DNA from: Parcubacteria group bacterium
GTDB taxonomy: Bacteria > Patescibacteriota > Patescibacteriia > UBA1558 > GWA2-36-10
Reading direction: 5' to 3'
Assembly: GCA_003104935.1 (NCBI GenBank)
Contig: PQAE01000006.1
Span: 1,037 to 65,036, forward strand
Length of the DNA stretch: 64,000 nucleotides
Part shown: piece by piece, positions 1 through 8,941 of the stretch
Layout: each line of letters starts with the position of its first letter
How positions within the stretch are numbered: position 1 is the first letter of the stretch
Position numbers and translations under genes: made by a program
The notes under the pieces: generated by a model
The model's database searches: none
The model's input: only the letters and a program-made list of their open reading frames with translations
What the model was told of the DNA's origin: nothing

Positions 1-765
1 TATTAGAAAGTCAAGAATCTTAGGATTATTTGGCGATAAAGATAAGGCCTTTTGGGCAGTTTCTAAAGATTTATGCTTATCCTCTAAATCTAAATACACT
101 TCGGCCAAAGACAGAAAATACAAATAATTGTCGCGGGCTAAAGATATGGACTGCAGATAATCCTCCTCGGCCTGGTGCAAATCTCCCCTTTCCCGGGCAA
201 TATCAGCCAGATAATAGTAAATGTCGGGATCATTTTTACCCGTTAATTTTAACAGATATTCTAAAGTCTCTTTAGCTTGAGTATATTCCTTGGTGGACCG
301 GTAAACCTGCGCCAACAGACGGTAGGCTTCGATATTGTGATGATCCAGACTCAAAATATCCAGGAGCACCTCCTCGGCTTTTTTGTATTCTTCCTGATTA
401 ATGAGTTGTTTAGAGGCCACCAGACGCTCGTCCGTTTCCTGAGACTGGCTGACAGCGGAGCTTAGCTTTTTATAGCCGCGGCGGCGCAGATCCCTTTCGG
501 CATTTTTTAATTTTTCATAATTCTGGCGAAACTTGGTACTGATTTTTTGTCCCGTCGGTTGCCACCAGTCTTGTAGCCGTGATAGAAATTCTTGCGACTG
601 TCGCTCCAGGCGATTTTTTAAAATAATATCTTTTTGTCGCTTGGCTACCAGAGTCGGCATGCTGTCAACTTTAATATTGGCCAAGCGGGGAAATCTCTTG
701 ACCACCTGCCAGACAATATAAACAAAGGATAAAATTGCTAAAATTATCAGGAAGATATCCCACAT
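1..765 (-). CDS. TPR-repeat protein with N-terminal TM anchor (partial; C-terminus beyond window start)
   Basis: Reverse-complement translation from ATG (rc of 763-765) gives MWDIFLIILAILSFVYIVWQ... followed by tetratricopeptide-like repeats (AYRLLAQVYRSTKEYTQAKETLEYLLKL..., YYYLADIARERGDLHQAEEDYLQSISL...). Not in the ORF track because it runs off the edge. Start lies 3 nt below the fba stop. Confidence 0.55.
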   Translation of the reverse strand, partial: MWDIFLIILAILSFVYIVWQVVKRFPRLANIKVDSMPTLVAKRQKDIILKNRLERQSQEFLSRLQDWWQPTGQKISTKFRQNYEKLKNAERDLRRRGYKKLSSAVSQSQETDERLVASKQLINQEEYKKAEEVLLDILSLDHHNIEAYRLLAQVYRSTKEYTQAKETLEYLLKLTGKNDPDIYYYLADIARERGDLHQAEEDYLQSISLARDNYLYFLSLAEVYLDLEDKHKSLETAQKALSLSPNNPKILDFLI

Positions 766-768
766 AGC

Positions 769-1638
769 TCAGGCCTTATTTTTACTGCCGAAAATATCAA
801 TCATTTTTTCCGCTTCTTTTTGCATGGCCTGAACGGACGGCGCCAGAATCTTTCGGGGGTCTATAAGTTCACGGCTCTTAACCAGATTTTTTAGCAGGGC
901 CTGATGAAAAGCCAGACGCAAGTTGGTATCAATGTTAATGACGCTGATGCCGTTTTTGATGGCCAGACAATAAGCCGCGGCCGGGAGCCCGGAACCTCCG
1001 TGCAAGACTAACGGTTTATTAGTGAGCTCTCTGATTTTTCTCAGGCGCGGCTGATCCACTTTTTCCCGGCCGCGGAAAGCGCCGTGTATAGTGCCGACGG
1101 ACACGGCCAGGGTATCTAGTCCTGTCTTGGCCACAAATTCTCTGGCCTGTTCCGGCCGGGTCAGCAGGTCTTTCATCTTTATCCGTCCGCTTTTTAATTT
1201 GACTAAACCCTCTTTGCCTAAGATGGAACCAAGCTCAGCCTGTAGCCAGGCGCCGTGAGTATGAGCCAGTTGCGCGGCCTGATGGCTGAGTTTGATATTG
1301 GCCGAAAAATCTTTTTCCGAAGCGTCCATATGTACCGAACTATAGCCGATATGAAGACATTCTTTGATGGTCTGCAGAGAATGCCCGTGGTCCAGATGGA
1401 TGGCAATCGGCACTCTTTTTCCTATGGTATTAGCCACATTACTGATCAGCTGAAATAAAGTCAGCACATTGGAATACTCAATAGCCGACTCGGAAGTGGA
1501 AATAATCACCGGTGATTTTTTGTTCACCGCGGCGCGCACTATAGCCAGAGTGATTTCCAAATTGGATGTATTAAACGCGGCCACGGCATAGTTGCCGGCC
1601 CGGGCCTTGTTTATTATTTGTTTGATGTGGACTATCAT
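769..1638 (-). CDS. fba: class II fructose-bisphosphate aldolase
   Basis: 289 aa; HLDHGHS metal-binding motif; GGSG and IAIHLDHG segments typical of class II FBA/tagatose-bisphosphate aldolase family. Confidence 0.85.
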   Translation of the reverse strand: MIVHIKQIINKARAGNYAVAAFNTSNLEITLAIVRAAVNKKSPVIISTSESAIEYSNVLTLFQLISNVANTIGKRVPIAIHLDHGHSLQTIKECLHIGYSSVHMDASEKDFSANIKLSHQAAQLAHTHGAWLQAELGSILGKEGLVKLKSGRIKMKDLLTRPEQAREFVAKTGLDTLAVSVGTIHGAFRGREKVDQPRLRKIRELTNKPLVLHGGSGLPAAAYCLAIKNGISVINIDTNLRLAFHQALLKNLVKSRELIDPRKILAPSVQAMQKEAEKMIDIFGSKNKA

Positions 1639-1639
1639 T

Positions 1640-2404
1640 TTATGAATTTTGTATTAATTCTACAAAAGTGGTGGCCTTCAGACTGGCACCGCCCACCAGC
1701 GCGCCGCGGATATTAGCCATCTTGGTAAAGTGATTGATGTTGGACGGATCGACGCTACCGCCGTAGATCACGCCCAAACTGTCCGTGTGACGCCCCTCCA
1801 TCACATCCACGTAGCTCTGCCGGATCATGGCCGCCGTCTGCGAGGCCTCTTCGCCGCTGATGGCCTGTCCTGATCCGATCACCCAAACCGGTTCATAAGC
1901 GATGATGATCTGATGATGGTTCTCCACCTCAACACCCTGCAGGGCTTCGAAAACCTGATGCATAATAATCGTGCCCTTATTACCCTCCTGCCTTTCCGTA
2001 AAAGTTTCACCCACGCAGATAATCGGAATCAGTCCATGTTTTAGGGCCGCCTTGACTTTGAGATTAATAGTTAGATTTGTCTCACCCAAAGCGCGGCGCT
2101 CAGAATGGCCCAAGATGATGTATTCGCAACCGCTGGCCTTGAGTTCGCGGATAGAAACCTGGCTGGTAAAAGCGCCGATGTCCTCATAAAAACCATCTTG
2201 CGCCCCCAGAGACAAATCGCTGTCTTTGAGCATCTTAGCTACCTCGGGCAAACTCAAAAAATCCGGACAAAGCACGATTTTCTTTTTAGCGCTGATTTTT
2301 TTCTCCGTCGCCAGGTTTTTTATGGTGCGGGCCAACTTTTTGGCTTCTTCTATGCTGAGTTGCATCTTCCAATTGGCCACGATAATCTGCTCAAAATTTT
2401 TCAT
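1640..2404 (-). CDS. tpiA: triosephosphate isomerase
   Basis: 254 aa; IVANWKM N-terminus, GHSERR catalytic motif, IAYEPVWAIGSG-like loop (AYEPVWVIGSG). Confidence 0.9.
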   Translation of the reverse strand: MKNFEQIIVANWKMQLSIEEAKKLARTIKNLATEKKISAKKKIVLCPDFLSLPEVAKMLKDSDLSLGAQDGFYEDIGAFTSQVSIRELKASGCEYIILGHSERRALGETNLTINLKVKAALKHGLIPIICVGETFTERQEGNKGTIIMHQVFEALQGVEVENHHQIIIAYEPVWVIGSGQAISGEEASQTAAMIRQSYVDVMEGRHTDSLGVIYGGSVDPSNINHFTKMANIRGALVGGASLKATTFVELIQNS

Positions 2405-2452
2405 AAATTGTGTAAAATAAGATCCATATTATAGTATAAAACAAAACACCGC

Positions 2453-3376
2453 TTAAAGCCAGCTAAAATTTTCCAGAGTCCAGGCCGACAAAATCTTGGC
2501 GTCTTTAAAGCGGTCATCCTGATTGTCCGATCCCAAAACCACGGTAATGATATTTTGCTTATCCCGACCGGCTACTTTCACTACCAGGCAATAGCCTGCC
2601 TGGTCAGTCGAGCCGGTCTTGCCGTTCTTGACTTTCAGGTAGCTACTGAGCAAATAATTTGTGGATTTTATTTTATAATTTTTTCCGCTCGGGGCGTTAA
2701 AATTATAAACTTTTAGGGTTGTGGCCGAATCAATATCTTTATTATTAAAAGCGGTTTTGGCCAATTTTAAAACCTCCAAGGCCGTAGAACTGTTTTGCGA
2801 ATTCAGGCCGATGGGATCGGCAAAATAAGTATTAACTAAGCCCATTTGCTTGGCTTTATCGTTCATCAGCTTAACAAAGTCATCCAGACTCAGACCGGTA
2901 CTGCGGACCAAAGCCCGCGTAGCATTATTATCCGAACCGACCAGCGCGGTAAAAAATAAATTTTTGACCGTCACCTCTTCGTCTTGCAATATATTCGGCG
3001 TGTCCGCACCGACTTCATCCTCGGCCAACATGGTAATTTTATTATCCCAGCCCGGATTGTGCTCCAGAAAAACTAAAGCGGTCATTAATTTGCTGATGCT
3101 GGCGATAGAACGGATCTCTTTGGCCGATTTTTGCCAGAGTACGGTTTCGCTGGCTTCGTCCATGACCGCCGCTGAGGAAGCACTGATCTTCACTCCCAGG
3201 GAAGACAGGTTTTTTCTCTGCGGCAAAACCAGAGAGTTATCGACGGCTACTCTTTGTATATTGGCCGTCGCCTCGGTCCCTTGATTAAAAACCTCCACGG
3301 TGGATAGATAAGATACCCGGGCCGGACTCAGACCCAGAGTGATTAAAATTACGGAAATAATGCTCCACAAATTCAT
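2453..3376 (-). CDS. D-alanyl-D-alanine carboxypeptidase (serine-type, PBP5-like)
   Basis: Signal peptide; SxxK (SISKLM), SxN (SDN), KTG (KTGST) active-site triad motifs. Confidence 0.75.
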   Translation of the reverse strand: MNLWSIISVILITLGLSPARVSYLSTVEVFNQGTEATANIQRVAVDNSLVLPQRKNLSSLGVKISASSAAVMDEASETVLWQKSAKEIRSIASISKLMTALVFLEHNPGWDNKITMLAEDEVGADTPNILQDEEVTVKNLFFTALVGSDNNATRALVRSTGLSLDDFVKLMNDKAKQMGLVNTYFADPIGLNSQNSSTALEVLKLAKTAFNNKDIDSATTLKVYNFNAPSGKNYKIKSTNYLLSSYLKVKNGKTGSTDQAGYCLVVKVAGRDKQNIITVVLGSDNQDDRFKDAKILSAWTLENFSWL

Positions 3377-3378
3377 AT

Positions 3379-4074
3379 TTATTTTATTTCCTCTTTGCTT
3401 AAAATACGGTACTGGCCCAGAGGCAAATTACCCAGATCTAATTTGCCTTCGCTTTGGCGGATGAGAGTCAAAACGTTACAACCCAACTCATCCAGCATGC
3501 GCCGGATCTGCCGCTTAAATCCCTGATGCAGGACAATCTGGATATAACCGTTGCCTTTATTTTCCACGGCATCGGCCCGAGCCCAGCCTTCGTTAAATTT
3601 CATTCCTTTTAACAGTTGTCCGGCCATCTCCTCAGTAAAGGGCCGGTCAATACGGACAATATAGGTCTTTTTTATTTCAAACTTGGGATGAGTTAATTTA
3701 AAAGCCAAGTCGCCGTCATTGGTCAAAAGCAATAGGCCCTGCGATTCTTTATCCAGCCGGCCGACCGGAAAAACTTTGGGCAATTTCGGAACCAGTGATA
3801 AAACCGTCTGCGGATTATACCTGTCCGTGACCGTACAGACATAACCGCGCGGCTTGTTTAACAAATAATATACTTTAAAATCTGGCTGTAGCAATTTGTT
3901 GTCCAGGGAAACATCGGTGGCATCGGGAGAAACATTGGTGGCTACGTCAGTCACTACGCCGCCGGCGATTTTTACCCGACCGGACTCTATGATGACCTCG
4001 GATTTGCGCCGCGAAGCTACTCCGCATTTGGCCAAAAAACTGGCCAATCTTATTTCCCGCCTATTTCTTCCCAT
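3379..4074 (-). CDS. rRNA pseudouridine synthase, RsuA/RluB family (S4 domain + catalytic domain)
   Basis: 231 aa; N-terminal S4-like segment (LAKCGVASRRKSEVIIESGRVKI), catalytic GRLDKESQGLLLLTND motif. Confidence 0.75.
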   Translation of the reverse strand: MGRNRREIRLASFLAKCGVASRRKSEVIIESGRVKIAGGVVTDVATNVSPDATDVSLDNKLLQPDFKVYYLLNKPRGYVCTVTDRYNPQTVLSLVPKLPKVFPVGRLDKESQGLLLLTNDGDLAFKLTHPKFEIKKTYIVRIDRPFTEEMAGQLLKGMKFNEGWARADAVENKGNGYIQIVLHQGFKRQIRRMLDELGCNVLTLIRQSEGKLDLGNLPLGQYRILSKEEIK

Positions 4075-4579
4075 ATAGTTCTTTAGCTTTTTGTAAAATA
4101 GCTAAATCTCTGCGGATGATGAATTTACCTTCATATGAGTCGGTGCTCTGCCCGGAAAAAACCTTCAGCGCCTGGTCAAAACCCAGCCAGTCCAATCTAA
4201 AACCGTCGGCGGTTTCCCCCGCGTCAAAATTTGTCTGACCCTTTTCCCCCTTTACCTCGGCAATAAAGCAATAAGACTTTTGGTGTAATTTATACTTATC
4301 ACGCCATTCTTCCACCAGGCCGATTTCCTGCAAATTATGGATATAACAGCCGGTTTCTTCCAGACATTCTCTGACCATGGCCGACAATTTGTTTTCGCCC
4401 GATTCCAGACCGCCACCGGCCAGTTTGTAATAACCGTCTTTAGCGACAAAAAGAGCCGCAATCTTGCCGGTAAAATCAAAAACTACGCCCCGCGACGCTT
4501 CGCGCAGAACATAATCAATTTTTTGTTCCCGATACCCGGGAAAAATATCTTTATCCCGCAAAGTTAAAATATGATCCAT
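4061..4579 (-). CDS. NUDIX hydrolase
   Basis: Nudix box GGGLESGENKLSAMVRECLEETG (GX5EX7REUXEEXGU). Confidence 0.7.
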   Translation of the reverse strand: MDHILTLRDKDIFPGYREQKIDYVLREASRGVVFDFTGKIAALFVAKDGYYKLAGGGLESGENKLSAMVRECLEETGCYIHNLQEIGLVEEWRDKYKLHQKSYCFIAEVKGEKGQTNFDAGETADGFRLDWLGFDQALKVFSGQSTDSYEGKFIIRRDLAILQKAKELYGKK

Positions 4580-4584
4580 ATCGT

Positions 4585-5151
4585 TTATTCTTCTTTACCG
4601 TCGCTCAAATCTGCTTGCAATAGTTGGGCCAGATTTTCATCGTTATTCAACTTTTCAAAATCAGGCAGATCTTTGACGCTGTCCAGTCCCAGATGGCGTA
4701 AAAAATCTATCGTCACTACATAAGTTGTGGCCAAATCATTTTTATTTTCACTGGTCTCAATCAGGCCGCGGATCAGTAAATTGCGAATTATCAAACTGCA
4801 ATTCACTCCCCGGATCTGCTCCAATTCCTCTTTGCTGATGGGCTGACGGTAGGCGATGATAGTCAGAGTCTCCAGTGAGGCCTTGGTCAATTCGCCACTG
4901 ATTTCTGCCTTGAAATAGGCGTTCAGCTCCGGTCCGTCAGCCGGATTGGAAATCATCTGTACTTTGTTATGGCTACTGGCGATGTGAATACCGCTTTCCG
5001 GATGATTATATTTACCCTCCAGTTCCTGCGTTAATTTTTCAACTTCATTTTCCCGGACGTCTAAAAAATCGGCCAATTCTTTGATGGTCAAGGGCTTGCC
5101 CACGGCAAACAGCAGACTCTCTAATAATGCCATTTTATTTTTCTCCGCCAT
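4585..5151 (-). CDS. scpB: segregation and condensation protein B
   Basis: 188 aa; MALLESLLFAVGKPLTIKELADFL typical ScpB N-terminal winged helix; adjacent to scpA. Confidence 0.8.
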   Translation of the reverse strand: MAEKNKMALLESLLFAVGKPLTIKELADFLDVRENEVEKLTQELEGKYNHPESGIHIASSHNKVQMISNPADGPELNAYFKAEISGELTKASLETLTIIAYRQPISKEELEQIRGVNCSLIIRNLLIRGLIETSENKNDLATTYVVTIDFLRHLGLDSVKDLPDFEKLNNDENLAQLLQADLSDGKEE

Positions 5152-5156
5152 ACAAC

Positions 5157-5858
5157 TTACAATTTCTTAATATTTAATTCGCCGAACATCTCGCTTTGTT
5201 GGACCACGATTTCACGCTGTTTGATCAGCTCCAGCATGGCCAGAAAACTAACCACAACCTCCACTTTATCATTGCTATTTTTTATCATCTGACTGAAGTT
5301 CAGACTGACTTTTTCTTTGATCAGATCACGCAGATTTTTTATTTTTTCGCTGATAGAAATAACGCGGTTCATCACCGCCTTGGGCATCTGCATGACCCGC
5401 TCGATCCGGTAAAGAATCTCCTGAAAAACCTGAGCCAGGATACCAGCGGTGATATGAATCGGCGGTAAAAACTCTTTGGCCGCTACGCGTCTATAAGGCA
5501 CATTGCGCACCAAAGCATAGCGTTTTTTACTGTTGTAAAGACGATTAACTACTTTACTGGCTTCATAATATTGTTTATAGATTTTCAGTTGCCGCTCCAG
5601 CGAGCCAGCGTCATCCTCGTCGGTCAGATCCAGATTGGGCAGTAAATACTTAGATTTGATATAAATCAATTTAGAAGCAATCAATAAAAAATCCGCCACC
5701 TCCGCCGATGGTAAATTTTCGCTTTTTTCTATATATGATAAATACTGGTCAGTGACCTGAGCCAGGGAAATCTGGGTAATTTGCAGTTTATCTTTCTCAA
5801 TCAGCGACAAAAGCAAATCCAGCGGCCCCTCAAATTTTTCCAATGAAAATTGGTGCAT
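5157..5858 (-). CDS. scpA: segregation and condensation protein A
   Basis: 233 aa; LEKFEGPLDLLLSLIEKDKLQITQISLAQVTDQYLSY kleisin N-terminus. Confidence 0.8.
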   Translation of the reverse strand: MHQFSLEKFEGPLDLLLSLIEKDKLQITQISLAQVTDQYLSYIEKSENLPSAEVADFLLIASKLIYIKSKYLLPNLDLTDEDDAGSLERQLKIYKQYYEASKVVNRLYNSKKRYALVRNVPYRRVAAKEFLPPIHITAGILAQVFQEILYRIERVMQMPKAVMNRVISISEKIKNLRDLIKEKVSLNFSQMIKNSNDKVEVVVSFLAMLELIKQREIVVQQSEMFGELNIKKL

Positions 5859-5916
5859 TATGGCTTAATTCTCAAATTTTAGCGCTTAAATTATATCATT
5901 TCAGGGTATTTTTTTC

Positions 5917-6151
5917 AAATAGAAAAGGGACCCTGCACGCAAGAACAGAGTCCCTTCCGCCACCGGCAGACAGCACGGTCTCGGGTGGCAACGGTCTCAG
6001 GGGGTGCGGGCCGGACGCGCCGCGTCTAGGATCCGTACAGCGTACACATCCTATTATCGCTTTCCCGTCAAATCGGGGAAGATTCGCTCCTCACCGGAAG
6101 CTCACGATAACTTGGGCATCTCCACCCCCTGATTTCTAATGAACTTTAATA
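5917..6151 (-). ncRNA. GC-rich structured small RNA candidate (family not recognised)
   Basis: About 235-nt GC-rich block between scpA and the upstream gene. Has its own minus-strand promoter (TTGACT-17-TAATAT). Only 5-7 codon ORFs. Predicted long-range stem CAGGGGGUG/CACCCCCUG enclosing hairpins (GUAC-GCU-GUAC, GACGC-GGC-GCGUC, GCCACC..GGUGGC). Ends in a 9-bp stem GGGACUCUG/CAGGGUCCC followed by UUUUCUAUUU (intrinsic terminator). Confidence 0.4.
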
Positions 6152-6158
6152 AGTATCT

Positions 6159-6187
6159 ATATTAGTATAAAAATCGGAAAAAGTCAA
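6159..6187 (-). promoter_or_regulatory. sigma-70-like promoter for the GC-rich sRNA (TTGACT-17-TAATAT)
   Basis: rc of 6182-6187 = TTGACT, rc of 6159-6164 = TAATAT, 17-nt spacer. Confidence 0.4.
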
Positions 6188-6207
6188 GGGCAATCATAAT
6201 AAATGAA

Positions 6208-6239
6208 AGACCCCGATCAAGCTGAGCTCGATGGGGTCT
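6208..6239 (-). terminator. intrinsic terminator of the 6264..6794 gene
   Basis: Hairpin GACCCCATCGAGCUCAGCUUGAUCGGGGUC followed by UUUCAUUU on the minus strand. Confidence 0.5.
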
Positions 6240-6263
6240 TCTTCCTAGGACGTGACCTAGGCT

Positions 6264-6794
6264 CTACTTCCGAGCGGTGCGCGGCTCCTTTGTGGTGGTA
6301 GCCGTGATGGCTGTCTTCATGGCCGCCCAGAAAGCGGACTGTTTGACCGAAGAGATGAATTCTTCGGTGTATCTGCACTGACTCTCGGCGCAGACGAGTT
6401 CCTTTGTCTCCACGCTGAGCGAAGTGTGCATCACCGTGCCATCAGTCGGCACGATGATTAGAATGGGATCGGTCATCGCCTTCTCGTTGCTAGCATACAC
6501 CCAGAAGGTGAAACCGCCGCCATTGATGCTGACCGTCAGGCTGGGATAGGCCGACAGGTACTTCTGGATTTCCTGATCCTGCCACACCTGGCACAGGAAT
6601 TCGGTGCTGAGCACCGGATCCTGCACGGCCTGAGTGATAGCCGTGCGCACTTCCTGCGGTACGATGGACTGGATCTTCGCAGTCTCGGCCGAGGCTGGAG
6701 TAGCTGCGAAGAAGCAGTAGGAGAACCAGATGGCTCCGATGATGGTGGCCCCGATAATGAGGCTGAATCCCATATATCCGAGATAACGACGCAT
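6264..6794 (-). CDS. hypothetical membrane-anchored protein, GC-rich cassette gene
   Basis: 176 aa; N-terminal TM helix; local GC about 55% against the AT-rich background; RBS AAAAGGGAGCGGAAA-ATG; own promoter and terminator. Confidence 0.5.
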   Translation of the reverse strand: MRRYLGYMGFSLIIGATIIGAIWFSYCFFAATPASAETAKIQSIVPQEVRTAITQAVQDPVLSTEFLCQVWQDQEIQKYLSAYPSLTVSINGGGFTFWVYASNEKAMTDPILIIVPTDGTVMHTSLSVETKELVCAESQCRYTEEFISSVKQSAFWAAMKTAITATTTKEPRTARK

Positions 6795-6842
6795 TTTCCG
6801 CTCCCTTTTGGGGTACTATCTAGCAGTTTGCTAGAACATAAT

Positions 6843-6871
6843 ATAATACCACATTTTTTACATTTTGTCAA
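6843..6871 (-). promoter_or_regulatory. promoter TTGACA-N14-TGg-TATTAT for the 6264..6794 gene
   Basis: rc of 6866-6871 = TTGACA; rc of 6843-6848 = TATTAT; 17-nt spacer with extended -10 TG. Confidence 0.45.
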
Positions 6872-7021
6872 CTACATTATAAACACAACACCTAACGCAG
6901 CCATGCTATCATTACAAATGTGGATAAAAAATATAATCATAAAAAAATATCGGAAATTTTCTGTTTGACCTTTTCTAACCATTTGATAAAATGATAACAC
7001 TAATAATTAATTAGAATTTGT

Positions 7022-7288
7022 ATGTTGAAGAAAGAGAAGCGACCCATTACTCCCGAGGCCTTCAAGGGCCTAGAAACCGTTGTCCGTTATGTGGTTAGAG
7101 AAGAACTAACTCCATTTCAGGAAGAAGTAAGATCTCAATTTCATCAACTCCAGCAAACAGTGGATGGTTATTTAAAGCAAACTATCGGTTGGCACGATGA
7201 ACAAACTATCCTGACCGCCCGCGTAGATAAAATACAATATGTAATGCTAAAAAAGAAGTTGGCCTCGGGATCGGAATTGGCAGTTTAA
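7022..7288 (+). CDS. hypothetical small protein
   Basis: 88-aa ORF isolated on the + strand, followed by the hairpin terminator at 7298-7335; no recognisable domain; weak RBS. Confidence 0.35.
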   Translation: MLKKEKRPITPEAFKGLETVVRYVVREELTPFQEEVRSQFHQLQQTVDGYLKQTIGWHDEQTILTARVDKIQYVMLKKKLASGSELAV

Positions 7289-7297
7289 TATTATTTA

Positions 7298-7335
7298 AGC
7301 AACATAAAAGAAGTTGGCTGGCCAACTTCTTTTGA
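7298..7335. terminator. bidirectional hairpin terminator (AAAAGAAGTTGGCTGGCCAACTTCTTTT)
   Basis: Perfect palindrome flanked by A/T runs between convergent 7022..7288 (+) and aspS (-). Confidence 0.5.
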
Positions 7336-7354
7336 TTTTGCAAAGTTAAATAAA

Positions 7355-8770
7355 TTATTTTTTTACCTGAATGCCTAATTCGTCTAATTGCTCTTTAGAT
7401 ACCGCCGAAGGCGAATCCATCATCGGATCCCGTCCGTCTGAAGTTAGTGGAAAAGCAGTTACTTCTTTCAGATTTTTCTCACCCAGCAAAACCATCAATA
7501 ATCTATCAATGCCCGGCGCAATGCCGCCATGCGGCGGTACGCCGTATTTAAAAGCTTCAAAATAATGGGCAAATTGTTTTTTCTGTTCTTTTGTAAAGCC
7601 GATAATGTCCCAAATTTTTTCCTGTAATTTCATATCGTGGATGCGAATCGCTCCTCCACCCACTTCAAAACCATTGAGTACCAGGTCATGCTGATAAGAT
7701 CGAACAGCACCAGGATTTTTGTCTAATTTCTTTATATCCTCTTCTTTAGGAGCGGTAAACATATTATGCGCCGGCCCCCATTTTTCGCCGGCATAATGAA
7801 AGGTGTCTTCTTTGGTCTGAGGCAGCATCAGAGGGAAATTTAAAATCCAGGCAAAAGCCAATTCATCCGGATTATTTTTATCTTTTCTTAGATCCGGCTT
7901 GTCGGTCTTGTATTTTTTTATAACCTCGTCATAATCCAAACGCGGCCATGGTTTTTGGCTAATTTTTTTCTCGGGAAATAAAGTTTCTACTAGTTCGGTG
8001 AATAATTTTTCAGTTAAGTCCAAAACATCTTCTTGTTTTACGAAAGATATCTCCATATCCAGCTGATAAAACTCGCCGGGACTGCGGTCAGCCCGGGCGT
8101 CTTCATCACGGAAGCACGGCGCAATCTGAAAATACTTTTCCATGCCGGCAATCATCAATAGCTGTTTGTACTGCTGGGGCGCCTGAGGCAGGGCAAAAAA
8201 CTCGCCGGGGTGTAGCCGCGACGGCACCAAATAATCTCGCGCTCCTTCCGGAGTGGATTTGGATAATATTGGAGTTTGGATTTCTACAAAATCATGCGCA
8301 TGCAAATATTCCCGGATAAAATGAATGACTTTGTCGCGCCACAAAATATTATTTTTCATGCGCTCATGACGCAGATCTAAATATCTGTATTTTAATCTTA
8401 ATTCTTCATTGGCCTGTCTGTCTTCATTAGCAATTTCAAAAGGCGGAGTTTCCGACTGGGATAAAACCTGTATTTTCTTGACCAGTAATTCAACCGTGCC
8501 CGTAGGCATATCATTATTAATCTGCTTGTCTCCTCTTTTCTGGACTACTCCTTCCACAGCCAAAACAAATTCCGGCCGGATATCCTTGATAATTTGCTGC
8601 GACTCGGAGTCCAGCTCATTTGGCACGACCACGACTTGCATGATTCCCCAGCGGTCGCGCAAATCTAAAAACACTATTTTGCCCATATTGCGCCGGTTAT
8701 TGACCCAGCCTTTGATTAAAACAGTTTTCCCGACCTGAGACACTGTTTCGATGGTTTTGATTCGGTTCAT
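7355..8770 (-). CDS. aspS: aspartyl-tRNA synthetase (short form lacking the GAD insertion domain)
   Basis: 471 aa class II aaRS; QQYKQLLMIAGMEKYFQIAPCFRDEDARADRSPGEFYQLDMEISF closely matches the AspRS motif 2 region (QLLM...CFRDEDLRADRQPEFTQ); N-terminal OB fold. Confidence 0.85.
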   Translation of the reverse strand: MNRIKTIETVSQVGKTVLIKGWVNNRRNMGKIVFLDLRDRWGIMQVVVVPNELDSESQQIIKDIRPEFVLAVEGVVQKRGDKQINNDMPTGTVELLVKKIQVLSQSETPPFEIANEDRQANEELRLKYRYLDLRHERMKNNILWRDKVIHFIREYLHAHDFVEIQTPILSKSTPEGARDYLVPSRLHPGEFFALPQAPQQYKQLLMIAGMEKYFQIAPCFRDEDARADRSPGEFYQLDMEISFVKQEDVLDLTEKLFTELVETLFPEKKISQKPWPRLDYDEVIKKYKTDKPDLRKDKNNPDELAFAWILNFPLMLPQTKEDTFHYAGEKWGPAHNMFTAPKEEDIKKLDKNPGAVRSYQHDLVLNGFEVGGGAIRIHDMKLQEKIWDIIGFTKEQKKQFAHYFEAFKYGVPPHGGIAPGIDRLLMVLLGEKNLKEVTAFPLTSDGRDPMMDSPSAVSKEQLDELGIQVKK

Positions 8771-8869
8771 CCCCTTAGAAATTTAATGATTTATGTTTTT
8801 ATAAATAAAGTGTTTTATCCCCCAGAAATTCTTGAAGTTTAGTTCGCAATTATTTAAATTTCTAAGGGG
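8771..8869 (-). promoter_or_regulatory. inverted-repeat leader hairpin sequestering the aspS RBS and start codon
   Basis: 16-bp perfect IR CCCCTTAGAAATTTAA (8771-8786) / TTAAATTTCTAAGGGG (8854-8869); in the mRNA the downstream arm contains the SD (AAGGGG) immediately before ATG. A second copy of the same element lies at 25884-25943. Confidence 0.4.
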
Positions 8870-8917
8870 ATTCATAAGTATTTATTATCTATATTTTGTA
8901 ATATTTTCTTTGGTGTG

Positions 8918-8941
8918 GATTCCCGCTTTCGCGGGAATGAC
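8918..8941. repeat. solo palindromic motif GATTCCCGCTTTCGCGGGAATGAC (also forms the inner arms of the element at 55702-55780)
   Basis: rc = GTCATTCCCGCGAAAGCGGGAATC; near-identical to GTCATTCCCGCGCAGGCGGGAATC at 55702-55725. Confidence 0.4.

Noticed and set aside
30-721. Three + strand ORFs (30..275, 277..465, 533..721)
   Set aside because: They are antisense to a much longer, repeat-structured TPR protein gene on the minus strand that runs off the window edge. Their products are low-complexity with no RBS support.
5843-6139. 98-aa + strand ORF across the GC-rich intergenic block
   Set aside because: Product is Pro/Arg/Gly-rich nonsense typical of translating a GC-rich structured RNA. The region is better explained as a minus-strand sRNA with promoter and terminator.
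6536-6871. 111-aa minus-strand ORF overlapping the 6264..6794 gene in another frame
   Set aside because: Arg/Ser/Pro-rich out-of-frame artefact of the GC-rich sequence. The in-frame 176-aa ORF has an RBS, TM helix and promoter.
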